This document shows, in pieces, positions 19,950 to 29,249 of a DNA stretch of 64,000 nucleotides. The position numbers and the translations under genes were made by a program. The DNA lies in the NCBI GenBank assembly GCA_964611375.1, contig CAZSYY010000006.1, forward strand, positions 12 through 64,011, written 5' to 3'. Under the pieces are notes generated by a model, which searched no databases, was not told the origin of the DNA, and saw only the letters and a list, made by a program, of their open reading frames with translations. This DNA is from an uncultured Phocaeicola sp. (GTDB lineage Bacteria; Bacteroidota; Bacteroidia; Bacteroidales; Bacteroidaceae). How positions within the stretch are numbered: position 1 is the stretch's first letter; every line of letters starts with the position of its first letter.

Positions 19950-21398
19950 TCAGTTTCTTTTCAAATACAGAAAATCAGTAATGACATCGGGAAGTTCCTC
20001 CTTGTAGTGTGTGACCATAATCATGGTCTTGTCCTTTCGTGCACAGAAAGTTTCGATTACGTCCTTCACCAAACGGCGGTTATATGCGTCAAGTCCGTGA
20101 AGCGGTTCGTCAAGGACCAACAGCTCCGGATCCTTTACAAAGGCGCGTGCCAACAGAACCATACGCTGTTCGCCGCTCGAAAGCTGAAGAAAGCTTCTGT
20201 CTTTCAGCCCGGCAATACCGAATATATCCATCCACCATTCGCATATCGCACGGTCTTCCTCCCTTACCTTTTTATAAAGGCCGACAGAGTCATGCAACCC
20301 ACTTGCAACAATATCGACAGCCGGAAGGTCTTTCAGATAAGCCCTGTGCATCTCCGGACTGACATAACCGATGTGCCGCTTTATTTCCCAGATGCTTTCT
20401 CCGCTTCCTCTTTTACGCCCGAAAAGGGTTATGTCGCAGGCATAGCTTTGCGGATTGTCGGCACACACGAGACTCAGAAGCGTTGATTTTCCTGAACCGT
20501 TGTCTCCACACAAAGCCCATCTTTCACCGCATTTCACGCTCCAGTCCAAATCTTTCAGAATAGTCCGTTTACCGTAACGGATGCTGACCTTGTTCAGGTC
20601 AACGACATGTTCCGCACGATAAAGTACCTCTGCATAAGGAAGGTCGATCAGACGTTTTTTCTTTTCTTCCGGAAATACATGCAAAGGTATCTGAGGACGA
20701 TGTCGGAGATATTCTTCCGATGTGACCTTTGTCCCCACAACACGATTCTCAACAGGAATAACGTGTGTGATAAACTCTGGTATTTCGTCTGCCCTTGAAA
20801 GTACCAGGACAACTTGCAGTCCACTCCTTTCCGTCAACCTGTTCAAAAGCTCCCGAAGCTGGCTGCGCGTCCCGGAATCAAGTCCTACGAACGGATTGTC
20901 CATGATCAGCATACGCGGGCCGGTCAACAACGTCTTCGTGAGCTGGAATTTCCTCAATTCTCCGCTTGACAGCAGAATGATGTGCTTGTCGAGCATATCC
21001 TCCATCCCGAACAAATCGTAGAGGGCCGTCTTCAGCTCTTCATCCTTGCATGGTGGAAGCAAGTGGCGCACCAAGGGCGCATCATCTATGTCATGAGTGT
21101 TCCAACGCTGCTGATAATAATAAGTTGCATCCGAATCTCCATACGAATCACGGAAAGCGATATATTTGATGTTGTCGCATGCCATCTTTGACCCGGAACC
21201 GGGAAAGCTGTACTCCACCTCGTTTAGCAGAAGCGGATAACGTCCTGTCACCATTCCTACCAACAGGCTTTTCCCGGCACCGTTCGGTCCCACAATGGCT
21301 ACGTGTTCCCCTTCCTCTATCCGGAAGTTGACCGGCTCACGCATCCGGTATATAGGATTGCGGGGAACTCCGTTAACTATATTTATAACATTGCTCAT
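19950..21398 (-). CDS. ModF-like ABC ATP-binding protein with two NBDs
   Basis: Walker A GPNGAGKS and GDNGSGKS; LSSGE signatures; RGSGESIWEIKRHIGYVS. Confidence 0.85.
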   Translation of the reverse strand: MSNVINIVNGVPRNPIYRMREPVNFRIEEGEHVAIVGPNGAGKSLLVGMVTGRYPLLLNEVEYSFPGSGSKMACDNIKYIAFRDSYGDSDATYYYQQRWNTHDIDDAPLVRHLLPPCKDEELKTALYDLFGMEDMLDKHIILLSSGELRKFQLTKTLLTGPRMLIMDNPFVGLDSGTRSQLRELLNRLTERSGLQVVLVLSRADEIPEFITHVIPVENRVVGTKVTSEEYLRHRPQIPLHVFPEEKKKRLIDLPYAEVLYRAEHVVDLNKVSIRYGKRTILKDLDWSVKCGERWALCGDNGSGKSTLLSLVCADNPQSYACDITLFGRKRGSGESIWEIKRHIGYVSPEMHRAYLKDLPAVDIVASGLHDSVGLYKKVREEDRAICEWWMDIFGIAGLKDRSFLQLSSGEQRMVLLARAFVKDPELLVLDEPLHGLDAYNRRLVKDVIETFCARKDKTMIMVTHYKEELPDVITDFLYLKRN

Positions 21399-21404
21399 GA
21401 TTTT

Positions 21405-23405
21405 CTACTGATGTACAATCATCGCACTTCTCGGAGCCACAGTCATCTTGGCACCGTTTACGATTCCGAGCTTATCATCCAGACTTATTTTTCCGTCACA
21501 GCATACTATCCGGTATTTTCCTTCCGGAATCTCAATCTCCGCAGGTTTGTCATCCGCATTCAACACTACCGTGATGTTACGCCAAGTGTCACCTTCCGGA
21601 GCTCCGTTGATGCGGAAAGCCACTACATTGTCCGATGGCACAGACAGAAATTCCAAATGTTTCCGCACTTTGTCGGCATCACCCATACGGAATGACGGAT
21701 GTGCCTTGCGCATGGCAATCAGTCCTTTCGTATAGTCAAAAAGGTCACGGTGTACAGTCTTGTTATGCCAGTCGATGGCATTGATACTGTCCGGACTGAC
21801 GTACGAATTTGCAACGCCGTGCTTGTTGCGCATTATCTCGTCTCCCGCAAATATAAACGGTATCCCCTGGGATGTAAACACTGCTGTCATTCCCAGTTTA
21901 ACCAACTCCTTCTGTTCCTTTTCAGTCGCGTCAGGGACGGTGGCACGGATACGGTCAGCTATACACATATCATCGTGACAGCTCATATAGCCGATCATCT
22001 GTGTGGGTTCTTCCGCCCAATTACGTAGCGGTCCTTCCAGCGAATCGGTCTCTATCTGAGGATGTGACACTCCACCGGCAATTCCGAACTTGATACCTTC
22101 GGAGAATCCTTTGAGACCGATAATGAATGCACCTTTCGAATCATCACCCCATGCGCCACGCAGACTGTCCCGGAACTCGTCGCCGAAAGCGGCGATACCC
22201 GGAAGTTTTTTCATGTTTTTCTTCAAAGCCGACTCTTCTTCAGGCAACTGCGGAGCCTTGGCAGCCCATCCTTCTCCGCCGATATAGATTGTAGGATCAA
22301 TCTTGTCGAGTGCGGAACGTATTTCTCTCATGGTCTCGATATCATGGATGGCCATAAGGTCGAAGCGGAAACCGTCAACATGATATTCCTTCACCCAATA
22401 GCATACCGATTCTACCATGAATCTTCTCATCATGGCACGTTCGCTTGCCGTCTCGTTGCCACATCCTGAGGCGTCAGCAAACTTTCCGTCCTCCGTATGG
22501 CGATAGAAATAGCCTGGCACCGTGCGCTCGAAGCAACTGCCTTCCGTTACTGCCGTATGGTTATAAACCACGTCCATTATTACGCGGATTCCTGCCTGAT
22601 GCAGAGCCATAACCATCTGTTTGAATTCACGGATACGCACATCGGGAGTGTAAGGATCGGTTGAATACGAGCCTTCCGGTACATTATAGTTCTTCGGATC
22701 GTACCCCCAATTGTATTGCGGTCTGTCAGGTCGTGATTCATCGACAGTCGCAAAGTCAAAAGACGGAAGTATCTGCACATGAGTGATACCCAACTCCTTC
22801 AGGTGGTCTATACCTGTCTTTTCACCCCATATGCTGGACGTTTCCTCTTCTGTCAGAGCCAAAAACTTTCCACGATTTGTAATTCCCGAAAGGGAATCGA
22901 TGGAAAAATCACGGTGGTGCATCTCGTAGATCATCATCTCCGAGAAATCTTTCATCGGCGGACGCTTGTCTTCTTCCCATCCTTCAGGATCAGTGGAGGC
23001 AAGGTCTATGACTGCACCGCGCTCACCGTTGACTCCGACAGCTTTCGCCAACAGTCCCGGAGTTTCTCCCAACCACCTGTCGCCTGACTTGACACTGAAC
23101 GTATAAAATTTCCCCATAAGGTCACCTTCTGCCGATACAGTCCACATACCGTCTTTCCCCTCTTTCATCGGGAGCATACGAAAAGCTGCACCGCCAGAAC
23201 CTTCGTCATAGAGCGAGACACGCACTTCTTCAGCAGTAGGAGCCCACAGTGAAAAGCGTGTAGATGACGGACTGTACACCATCTCCTTCCATTCTCCCTC
23301 AGGGACAGGATAACTGTCATACAAAGAGGTCTGGCTTTTGTGTGAAGAAGTACACCCTGCGGCAGCTACCGCAGACACCAGAAACAAATGCTTCAACTTG
23401 ATCAT
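21405..23405 (-). CDS. pulA: Type I pullulanase (GH13 with CBM48), lipoprotein
   Basis: FSLWAPTA, YNWGYDP, DVVYNH, GFRFDLM, GEGW, CHDD; lipobox AAGC. Confidence 0.93.
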   Translation of the reverse strand: MIKLKHLFLVSAVAAAGCTSSHKSQTSLYDSYPVPEGEWKEMVYSPSSTRFSLWAPTAEEVRVSLYDEGSGGAAFRMLPMKEGKDGMWTVSAEGDLMGKFYTFSVKSGDRWLGETPGLLAKAVGVNGERGAVIDLASTDPEGWEEDKRPPMKDFSEMMIYEMHHRDFSIDSLSGITNRGKFLALTEEETSSIWGEKTGIDHLKELGITHVQILPSFDFATVDESRPDRPQYNWGYDPKNYNVPEGSYSTDPYTPDVRIREFKQMVMALHQAGIRVIMDVVYNHTAVTEGSCFERTVPGYFYRHTEDGKFADASGCGNETASERAMMRRFMVESVCYWVKEYHVDGFRFDLMAIHDIETMREIRSALDKIDPTIYIGGEGWAAKAPQLPEEESALKKNMKKLPGIAAFGDEFRDSLRGAWGDDSKGAFIIGLKGFSEGIKFGIAGGVSHPQIETDSLEGPLRNWAEEPTQMIGYMSCHDDMCIADRIRATVPDATEKEQKELVKLGMTAVFTSQGIPFIFAGDEIMRNKHGVANSYVSPDSINAIDWHNKTVHRDLFDYTKGLIAMRKAHPSFRMGDADKVRKHLEFLSVPSDNVVAFRINGAPEGDTWRNITVVLNADDKPAEIEIPEGKYRIVCCDGKISLDDKLGIVNGAKMTVAPRSAMIVHQ

Positions 23406-23410
23406 AACTT

Positions 23411-23980
23411 TTATTTTTTTATTCTATTAGGATTTTTTTCAATGAAATCTTTCCATCCGAGATATGATTTCCCCATTTCCGGCCTTCCCATCTGAAGATA
23501 ATGGCAATAAGCTGCCCCCAATGCATCTGTAGCGTCAAGAAAAGGTACCATTTCTGAGTCAGGTATGTGTAGCATCCGCTTCAGCATGTCTGCTACCTGC
23601 TCCTTGCTTGCCTGCCCGTTCCCGGTAATGGCCATCTTAATTTTCAGTGGAGCATATTCTGTGACAGGAATGTCGCGGCAAAGAGCCGCCACGATTGCCA
23701 CTCCCTGTGCCCGTCCCAGCTTCAGCATCGACTGTACATTTTTCCCGAAAAACGGGGCTTCGATGGCCAGTTCGTCAGGAAGGTACGAGCTTATGATTCC
23801 CTGAACACGCTCATATATACGTCTCAGCTTCATATATGAATCGCTACACTTGCGGAGATCGACAACCCCCAATGCCATTACCTCAGGATTTACTCCAGTA
23901 ATACGCAACACCCCGTATCCCATAAGATTCGTTCCGGGGTCTATACCCAGTATTATTTTTTCCTTGACCGGCCTTATCAC
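23411..23980 (-). CDS. ruvC: Holliday junction resolvase
   Basis: [38 protein letters not shown]. Confidence 0.96.
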   Translation of the reverse strand: MIRPVKEKIILGIDPGTNLMGYGVLRITGVNPEVMALGVVDLRKCSDSYMKLRRIYERVQGIISSYLPDELAIEAPFFGKNVQSMLKLGRAQGVAIVAALCRDIPVTEYAPLKIKMAITGNGQASKEQVADMLKRMLHIPDSEMVPFLDATDALGAAYCHYLQMGRPEMGKSYLGWKDFIEKNPNRIKK

Positions 23981-24282
23981 CTGACAATCTCCATCAGTGT
24001 CGGAAATCCGACCACTTTATCCTTGAACACTTTTTTGATTTCCCCATTCAGTCGTTCTCCTTTTTTCACAAGCCAACGGTGTAGTGTAGCCGAATCCTCT
24101 ACTTCCCACTGTAATGAAAAGCATTCGCTGTCCTCCTCCTTATGGCTCAGTATGCGGAGAATGCGCGGATTTTTCAGTTCCCCCTCCCGTTCCACTTCAG
24201 GAATATAGCATTCGTTCAACCAGATGATGAAATTGCGTGCATCATCCATCTCTACATGGTAGGTTGTATTATATACCAACAT
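23977..24282 (-). CDS. DUF4286-family protein
   Basis: MLVYNTTY...WL..YIP...F.TLME pattern; stop overlaps the ruvC start. Confidence 0.8.
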   Translation of the reverse strand: MLVYNTTYHVEMDDARNFIIWLNECYIPEVEREGELKNPRILRILSHKEEDSECFSLQWEVEDSATLHRWLVKKGERLNGEIKKVFKDKVVGFPTLMEIVR

Positions 24283-24520
24283 ATTTTTTCTATTCGGACA
24301 ATTGGAATGACAAACATAATAAAATTCCGCGAAATTCAACAAATAAAAAAGACAAAATGCCATAAGCCCCTCTAAAAATTGATTTATGACAATAAAAATG
24401 TGTCGCAAGTACGATCGTCGCTTGTCCAGTTACCAAAAAACATAAAAGAAATAGGTGGAACGCAAGGACATATCCCGAAAAAATCATAACTTTGTCTTGA
24501 AAACAAATAAAAACTCCGCC

Positions 24521-24844
24521 ATGTACACGATACAGACTAACGCTTCGGGCACCCGGAGCATGGACATCTCGGAAAAGCATCTGGAAACAATCGAAAAATA
24601 TGCGCTCTTCCGCCAACTGATAGACAGCAACGGAATCATCGACGAATCGGTTCTCGACAAGCTCAAGCTGAACGTGCGTTCGCTCATCGCCTCGATGGAA
24701 GAAGACAGCAAGGATCTGCTTGATCTGTGCATTGATGTAATATATCACAACAATATGAAGGCGTTCGGGCTTCACCAGCTCATAATGCTATACATCAAGT
24801 GGAAGAAAGAGAGAGAAGATAAGGAAGAAGACGACAATCAATGA
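24521..24844 (+). CDS. Conserved Bacteroidales hypothetical protein
   Basis: MYTIQTNASGTRS...IYHNNMKAFGL; TAACTTTG -7 element upstream; precedes the YgiQ gene. Confidence 0.75.
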   Translation: MYTIQTNASGTRSMDISEKHLETIEKYALFRQLIDSNGIIDESVLDKLKLNVRSLIASMEEDSKDLLDLCIDVIYHNNMKAFGLHQLIMLYIKWKKEREDKEEDDNQ

Positions 24845-24851
24845 ACAGGCA

Positions 24852-26711
24852 TTGAAAGACCATAAACTGACCGACTGGTTGCCTACAACCAGGAAAGAGG
24901 TGGAAATGAGGGGGTGGGACACGCTGGATGTCATTATTTTCAGCGGTGATGCATATGTTGACCATCCGTCATTCGGAGCAGCCGTGATTGGACGTACGAT
25001 AGAGGCTTTGGGACTGAAGGTAGCCATCGTCCCACAACCGAACTGGAGGGATGACCTGCGCGACTTCAGGAAACTGGGACGTCCACGTCTCTTTTTCGGA
25101 ATATCGGCCGGGTGTATGGACAGCATGGTCAACAAATATACGGCCAACAAGCGCTTGCGGAGTGAGGATGCATATACTCCTGACGGAAGACATGACATGC
25201 GTCCGGAATATCCCAGCATCGTTTACGCGAAAATCCTGAAAGACATATATCCCGATGCACCGGTAATACTGGGAGGCATAGAGGCTTCCCTGCGACGTCT
25301 TACGCATTATGATTATTGGGCAGACAGGGTGCGCCCGTCCATCTTGACAGAATCAAGGGCGGATCTCCTTATTTATGGAATGGGAGAAAAGCCTGTCATC
25401 GACCTATGCCGGCGTTTCACGGCTGTGCTGGGAGAAACCGGAGAAGCGACAGCCGCCGATGTGCCGCACGATATTCTCCAGACTGTTTACCTTACAGAAA
25501 GAAACATGTCGGACTCGCTCCCTCCAAATCCGAACGGAGAAGGCGACCTGACACTGTTCTCACATGAGGAGTGCCTGAAGGACAAGAAAAAGCAGGCACA
25601 GAACTTCCGTCATATTGAAGAAGAATCGAATCGGTATGCGGCTGCACGTATTCTGCAACATACAGGTGACCGTATTGTAGTGGTGAATCCTCCCTACCCG
25701 CCGATGACACAAGGGGAGCTTGACCGTTCGTTTGATCTTCCCTACACGCGTCTCCCTCATCCGAAATACAAGAACAAGCGCATTCCGGCATACGAAATGA
25801 TCAAGTTCTCTGTCAACATCCACAGGGGATGTTTCGGAGGATGTGCGTTCTGTACCATCTCTGCCCATCAGGGCAAGTTCATCGTAAACCGTAGCAAGGA
25901 AAGCATATTGAAAGAGGTGAAGGCCATCACGGAAATGCCCGACTTCAAAGGGTATCTGAGCGATCTGGGAGGGCCATCGGCCAACATGTATCGCATGGGC
26001 GGAAAAAATGACGCGCTTTGCCGGCATTGCAAACGTCCCTCATGTATTCATCCGAAGATCTGTCCGAACCTGAATACTGACCACCGTCCGCTGCTTGACA
26101 TATACCATGCGGTCGATGCCATGCCGGGTATAAAGAAAAGCTTTATAGGAAGCGGAGTCCGTTACGACCTGCTAATGCACAGGACAAACGACAAGGATAC
26201 TGACAGGAGTACGGAGGAATATACGCATGAACTTATCACAAGGCACGTGAGCGGACGGCTCAAGGTGGCTCCGGAGCATACCTGCGACAAGGTTCTCCGT
26301 CTGATGCGCAAACCGTCGTTCAACCTGTTCCGAGAGTTCAAGAAAATATTCGACAAGATAAACCGGGAAGAGAACCTGCACCAGCAGATCATTCCGTACT
26401 TTATCAGCAGCCATCCCGGATGTACTGAGGAAGACATGGCAGAACTTGCTGTCATCACAAAACGCATGAATTTCCATCTGGAACAAGTGCAGGACTTCAC
26501 TCCTACCCCCATGACTGTCGCCACCGAAACATGGTACACGGGATTCCATCCCTATACGCTGGGACCTGTCTTCTCGGCAAAGACAAAGGAAGAAAAACTG
26601 GCACAACGCATGTTCTTTTTCTGGTACAAGCCCGAAGAGCGTCGGGCAATCATAAACGAACTGAAGAAAATAGGTCGTAGCGATCTTATTGCGAAGCTAT
26701 ACAAAGAATAA
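24852..26711 (+). CDS. YgiQ (UPF0313) family radical SAM protein
   Basis: GDAYVDHPSFG; RGCFGGCAFC (CxxxCxxC); DLGGPSANMY; QVQDFTPTPM; TTG start. Confidence 0.92.
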   Translation: MKDHKLTDWLPTTRKEVEMRGWDTLDVIIFSGDAYVDHPSFGAAVIGRTIEALGLKVAIVPQPNWRDDLRDFRKLGRPRLFFGISAGCMDSMVNKYTANKRLRSEDAYTPDGRHDMRPEYPSIVYAKILKDIYPDAPVILGGIEASLRRLTHYDYWADRVRPSILTESRADLLIYGMGEKPVIDLCRRFTAVLGETGEATAADVPHDILQTVYLTERNMSDSLPPNPNGEGDLTLFSHEECLKDKKKQAQNFRHIEEESNRYAAARILQHTGDRIVVVNPPYPPMTQGELDRSFDLPYTRLPHPKYKNKRIPAYEMIKFSVNIHRGCFGGCAFCTISAHQGKFIVNRSKESILKEVKAITEMPDFKGYLSDLGGPSANMYRMGGKNDALCRHCKRPSCIHPKICPNLNTDHRPLLDIYHAVDAMPGIKKSFIGSGVRYDLLMHRTNDKDTDRSTEEYTHELITRHVSGRLKVAPEHTCDKVLRLMRKPSFNLFREFKKIFDKINREENLHQQIIPYFISSHPGCTEEDMAELAVITKRMNFHLEQVQDFTPTPMTVATETWYTGFHPYTLGPVFSAKTKEEKLAQRMFFFWYKPEERRAIINELKKIGRSDLIAKLYKE

Positions 26712-26761
26712 GAGACGCTCCCGATATGGACTCGGTCATCAGAGTCATTCATGAAGATGTA

Positions 26762-27238
26762 TCATTCAGGTCTGTCGCCAGGAGGTTTGTCCCTTACGTT
26801 TTTTTCGTGAATATGAGTTCCTTTCAACAGTTCGCGATGGAAACGCATCTCCGCTTTCTGTATGGTATAAATTTTTTTAGCCGTGAGGAATTCACTGTAT
26901 TTCCTGACATATTCCAGATCCAGTTCGTCATTTGCTATACGGGCTTGTATCACCTCCTCGACAATCTGTCTGTATTCTTCTTCGGATGTGGCCGGATTTT
27001 TCCCTTTCTTCATTTTCTCCATTGCCTCCTTATTATGTGCTCCTTTTTTGTCCTGAAGTTCAAAATAGAGAGGAAAAAACCTGTCAGCTTCTTCATTTGT
27101 TAACTCCGCACGCCGAACGATAAACTCGCGCTGACGTTCACGAAATTCCTCTTTACTCAGCTTAGGACTTTGCGCCTGAAGTCCAACTAAGGAACAGAAC
27201 GGAAACAACAGCAGGAATATGGCCAGGATTTTTTTCAT
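26762..27238 (-). CDS. Exported helical accessory protein of the ECF module
   Basis: Signal peptide; ELTNEEADRFFPLY motif; last gene of the ECF triplet. Confidence 0.75.
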   Translation of the reverse strand: MKKILAIFLLLFPFCSLVGLQAQSPKLSKEEFRERQREFIVRRAELTNEEADRFFPLYFELQDKKGAHNKEAMEKMKKGKNPATSEEEYRQIVEEVIQARIANDELDLEYVRKYSEFLTAKKIYTIQKAEMRFHRELLKGTHIHEKNVRDKPPGDRPE

Positions 27239-27251
27239 TATAGCCTTATTT

Positions 27252-27629
27252 TTAATTGTAAATTTCGATATTGACGTCTGTCAGATACTGATAGAGCGTG
27301 TAATCGTCCATCATTGTCTGGTTGACGATAGGGTCGATGTATTCATCAGGAAGTTCAGTGAGATTGATGTAAGGAAAATCAGACTCCGCTGTGCTTTCCT
27401 TTTCCCCGACGAACATACGGACCATCAGCATGATGCCACAGAACATGGCCGCCATATATATCCACGGCTTTACGCGCATCCACAGGGAAACAGTTTCTTC
27501 CCCAACGGGCATTTTTTCCGGAAGCCTGTCCATCATTCGTCCGGCGAAATCCTCAAAGTATCCTTCGGGAACCTTGAAAGCATTTTTCCTGCCGCATCTG
27601 TCAAACAATCTGGTTTCTTCCTTCTTCAT
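27252..27629 (-). CDS. Putative anti-sigma factor (single TM)
   Basis: FKVPEGYFEDF motif then TM (WIYMAAMFCGIML); directly after the ECF sigma. Confidence 0.75.
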   Translation of the reverse strand: MKKEETRLFDRCGRKNAFKVPEGYFEDFAGRMMDRLPEKMPVGEETVSLWMRVKPWIYMAAMFCGIMLMVRMFVGEKESTAESDFPYINLTELPDEYIDPIVNQTMMDDYTLYQYLTDVNIEIYN

Positions 27630-27675
27630 GATTCTTTGCACCTTTATAAGTTTGATGAAATTCAGTCAAAAAGGT

Positions 27676-28227
27676 TTAATCGTTTTGCTCAAAAAATTCT
27701 TCAATTTTTTTCACCGCATGGAAATAAGATGCTTTCAAAGCACCCACGCTTGTCCCGAGAATTTCAGAAATTTCTTCATACTTCATTTCCTGAAAATATT
27801 TCAGGTTGAAGACAATTCTCTGTTTTTCCGGAAGGGTCATGATGGCTTCCTGGAGCATCTTCTGTGTTTCGTCGCCGTCAAAGTACGGGTCACTCTCCAA
27901 CGAGTTCAGCATGGCAGAGTCAGCATCGTCAATCGAAAGCCGATTTTCGGCACGGCGGCGGTTCAGGAAGTTCAGACACTCATTGATGGCAATACGGTAG
28001 AGCCATGTCGAAAGCCTGGCTTCTCCTCTAAAATATTCCAGACTGTCCCATGCCTTCATGAACGTGTTCTGAAGCAAGTCGTCTGCATCATCGTGCGAAA
28101 AGACCATGCGTCTTATCTGCCAATAGAGCTGTTCGCTGTATGCGCGCACCACCTCTGCAAACGCCTCGCGGCGCATGGAAGGATCCTGAAGCCGTATTAT
28201 CGTCTCTTTTTCTTTATATCTGTTCAT
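27676..28227 (-). CDS. ECF RNA polymerase sigma factor
   Basis: ADDLLQNTFMKAW, STWLYRIAINE, LPEKQR, YEEISEILGTSVGALKASY. Confidence 0.93.
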   Translation of the reverse strand: MNRYKEKETIIRLQDPSMRREAFAEVVRAYSEQLYWQIRRMVFSHDDADDLLQNTFMKAWDSLEYFRGEARLSTWLYRIAINECLNFLNRRRAENRLSIDDADSAMLNSLESDPYFDGDETQKMLQEAIMTLPEKQRIVFNLKYFQEMKYEEISEILGTSVGALKASYFHAVKKIEEFFEQND

Positions 28228-28277
28228 GCCTTTAGATTCACTCTGCTACGGGAAACCTGTATTCGATTTTTAAAAGA

Positions 28278-29210
28278 TCAGCTTTCGCCGACCTCCCCTA
28301 CCCTGACTGTCATGTTCTCGTTCGCCAATATCGTGTTAGGAAAAATTGCCCTCGCTTCTTCCAGCAACAGCCGTTCGTCTTCATACCGTGCGGAAAAATG
28401 TCCTATTAACAGACGCTTCACCTTTGCGTCGCGCGCTATCTGCGCGGCTTGTGCGGCGGTAGAATGGCGTGTCTGCTTTGCCCTTGCCGCTTCACTGCTC
28501 GCAAATGTGGCTTCATGAAAGAGGAGGTCTACCCCCTCTATCTGCTCAGTCATATCGGGAAGATAGGATGTGTCAGAGCAATAGGCATACGCACGCGGAG
28601 GAGCGGAAGGAAAGGTAAGGCGTGAGTTGGGCACTACGGTTCCATCCTCAAGCACATAGTCCTCGCCGTTCTTGATGCGGTTTATCATACAGATCGGTAT
28701 CCTGTAGAAGTCTATCATGTCACGACGGATGTGGTTGGGAGACGGCTTTTCTTTTATAAGAAAACCGCATGTGGGCAGGCGATGCCTCAGCGGAATGGTC
28801 TCTACGCTCACCGAACGGTCGTCATAGATGATTCCCCTTTTGTCTGGCTCTATCGGATGAAAAACCACCTTGAACGGCATTCCTTTGCAAAAGAATCCTA
28901 TCTGTGGATAAAGCAGACGCTCCAGTTCGGGATGTGCATAGACATGAAGCTGTGCGGTACGCTCAATCATACCGAATGTGGAGATAAGTCCCATCAGGCC
29001 GAAACAATGGTCACCGTGCAGATGGGAGATGAATATGTGGTTCAGCCGGTTGAAACGGAGCCGCGAGCGCCGGAGCTGCACCTGCGTGCCTTCCCCACAG
29101 TCAATCATGAACAGCTTTTCGCGTACATTGACCACTTGGGAACTGGCATTATGATGAAGAGTGGGCAGCGCCGAACCACAGCCCAATATATGAACATCAA
29201 ATCTTTCCAT
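28278..29210 (-). CDS. rnz: Ribonuclease Z
   Basis: LGCGSALP, DCGEGTQ, SHLHGDH, YCSDT, HEATF, HST, GHFSARY. Confidence 0.95.
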   Translation of the reverse strand: MERFDVHILGCGSALPTLHHNASSQVVNVREKLFMIDCGEGTQVQLRRSRLRFNRLNHIFISHLHGDHCFGLMGLISTFGMIERTAQLHVYAHPELERLLYPQIGFFCKGMPFKVVFHPIEPDKRGIIYDDRSVSVETIPLRHRLPTCGFLIKEKPSPNHIRRDMIDFYRIPICMINRIKNGEDYVLEDGTVVPNSRLTFPSAPPRAYAYCSDTSYLPDMTEQIEGVDLLFHEATFASSEAARAKQTRHSTAAQAAQIARDAKVKRLLIGHFSARYEDERLLLEEARAIFPNTILANENMTVRVGEVGES

Positions 29211-29249
29211 GAAGCAAAGATAAGTGTTTTCCCGGGACGGACAGAGGAA

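Noticed and set aside
27391-28518. 375-aa plus-strand ORF
   Set aside because: Antisense to the anti-sigma, ECF sigma and rnz genes; shadow-frame composition.
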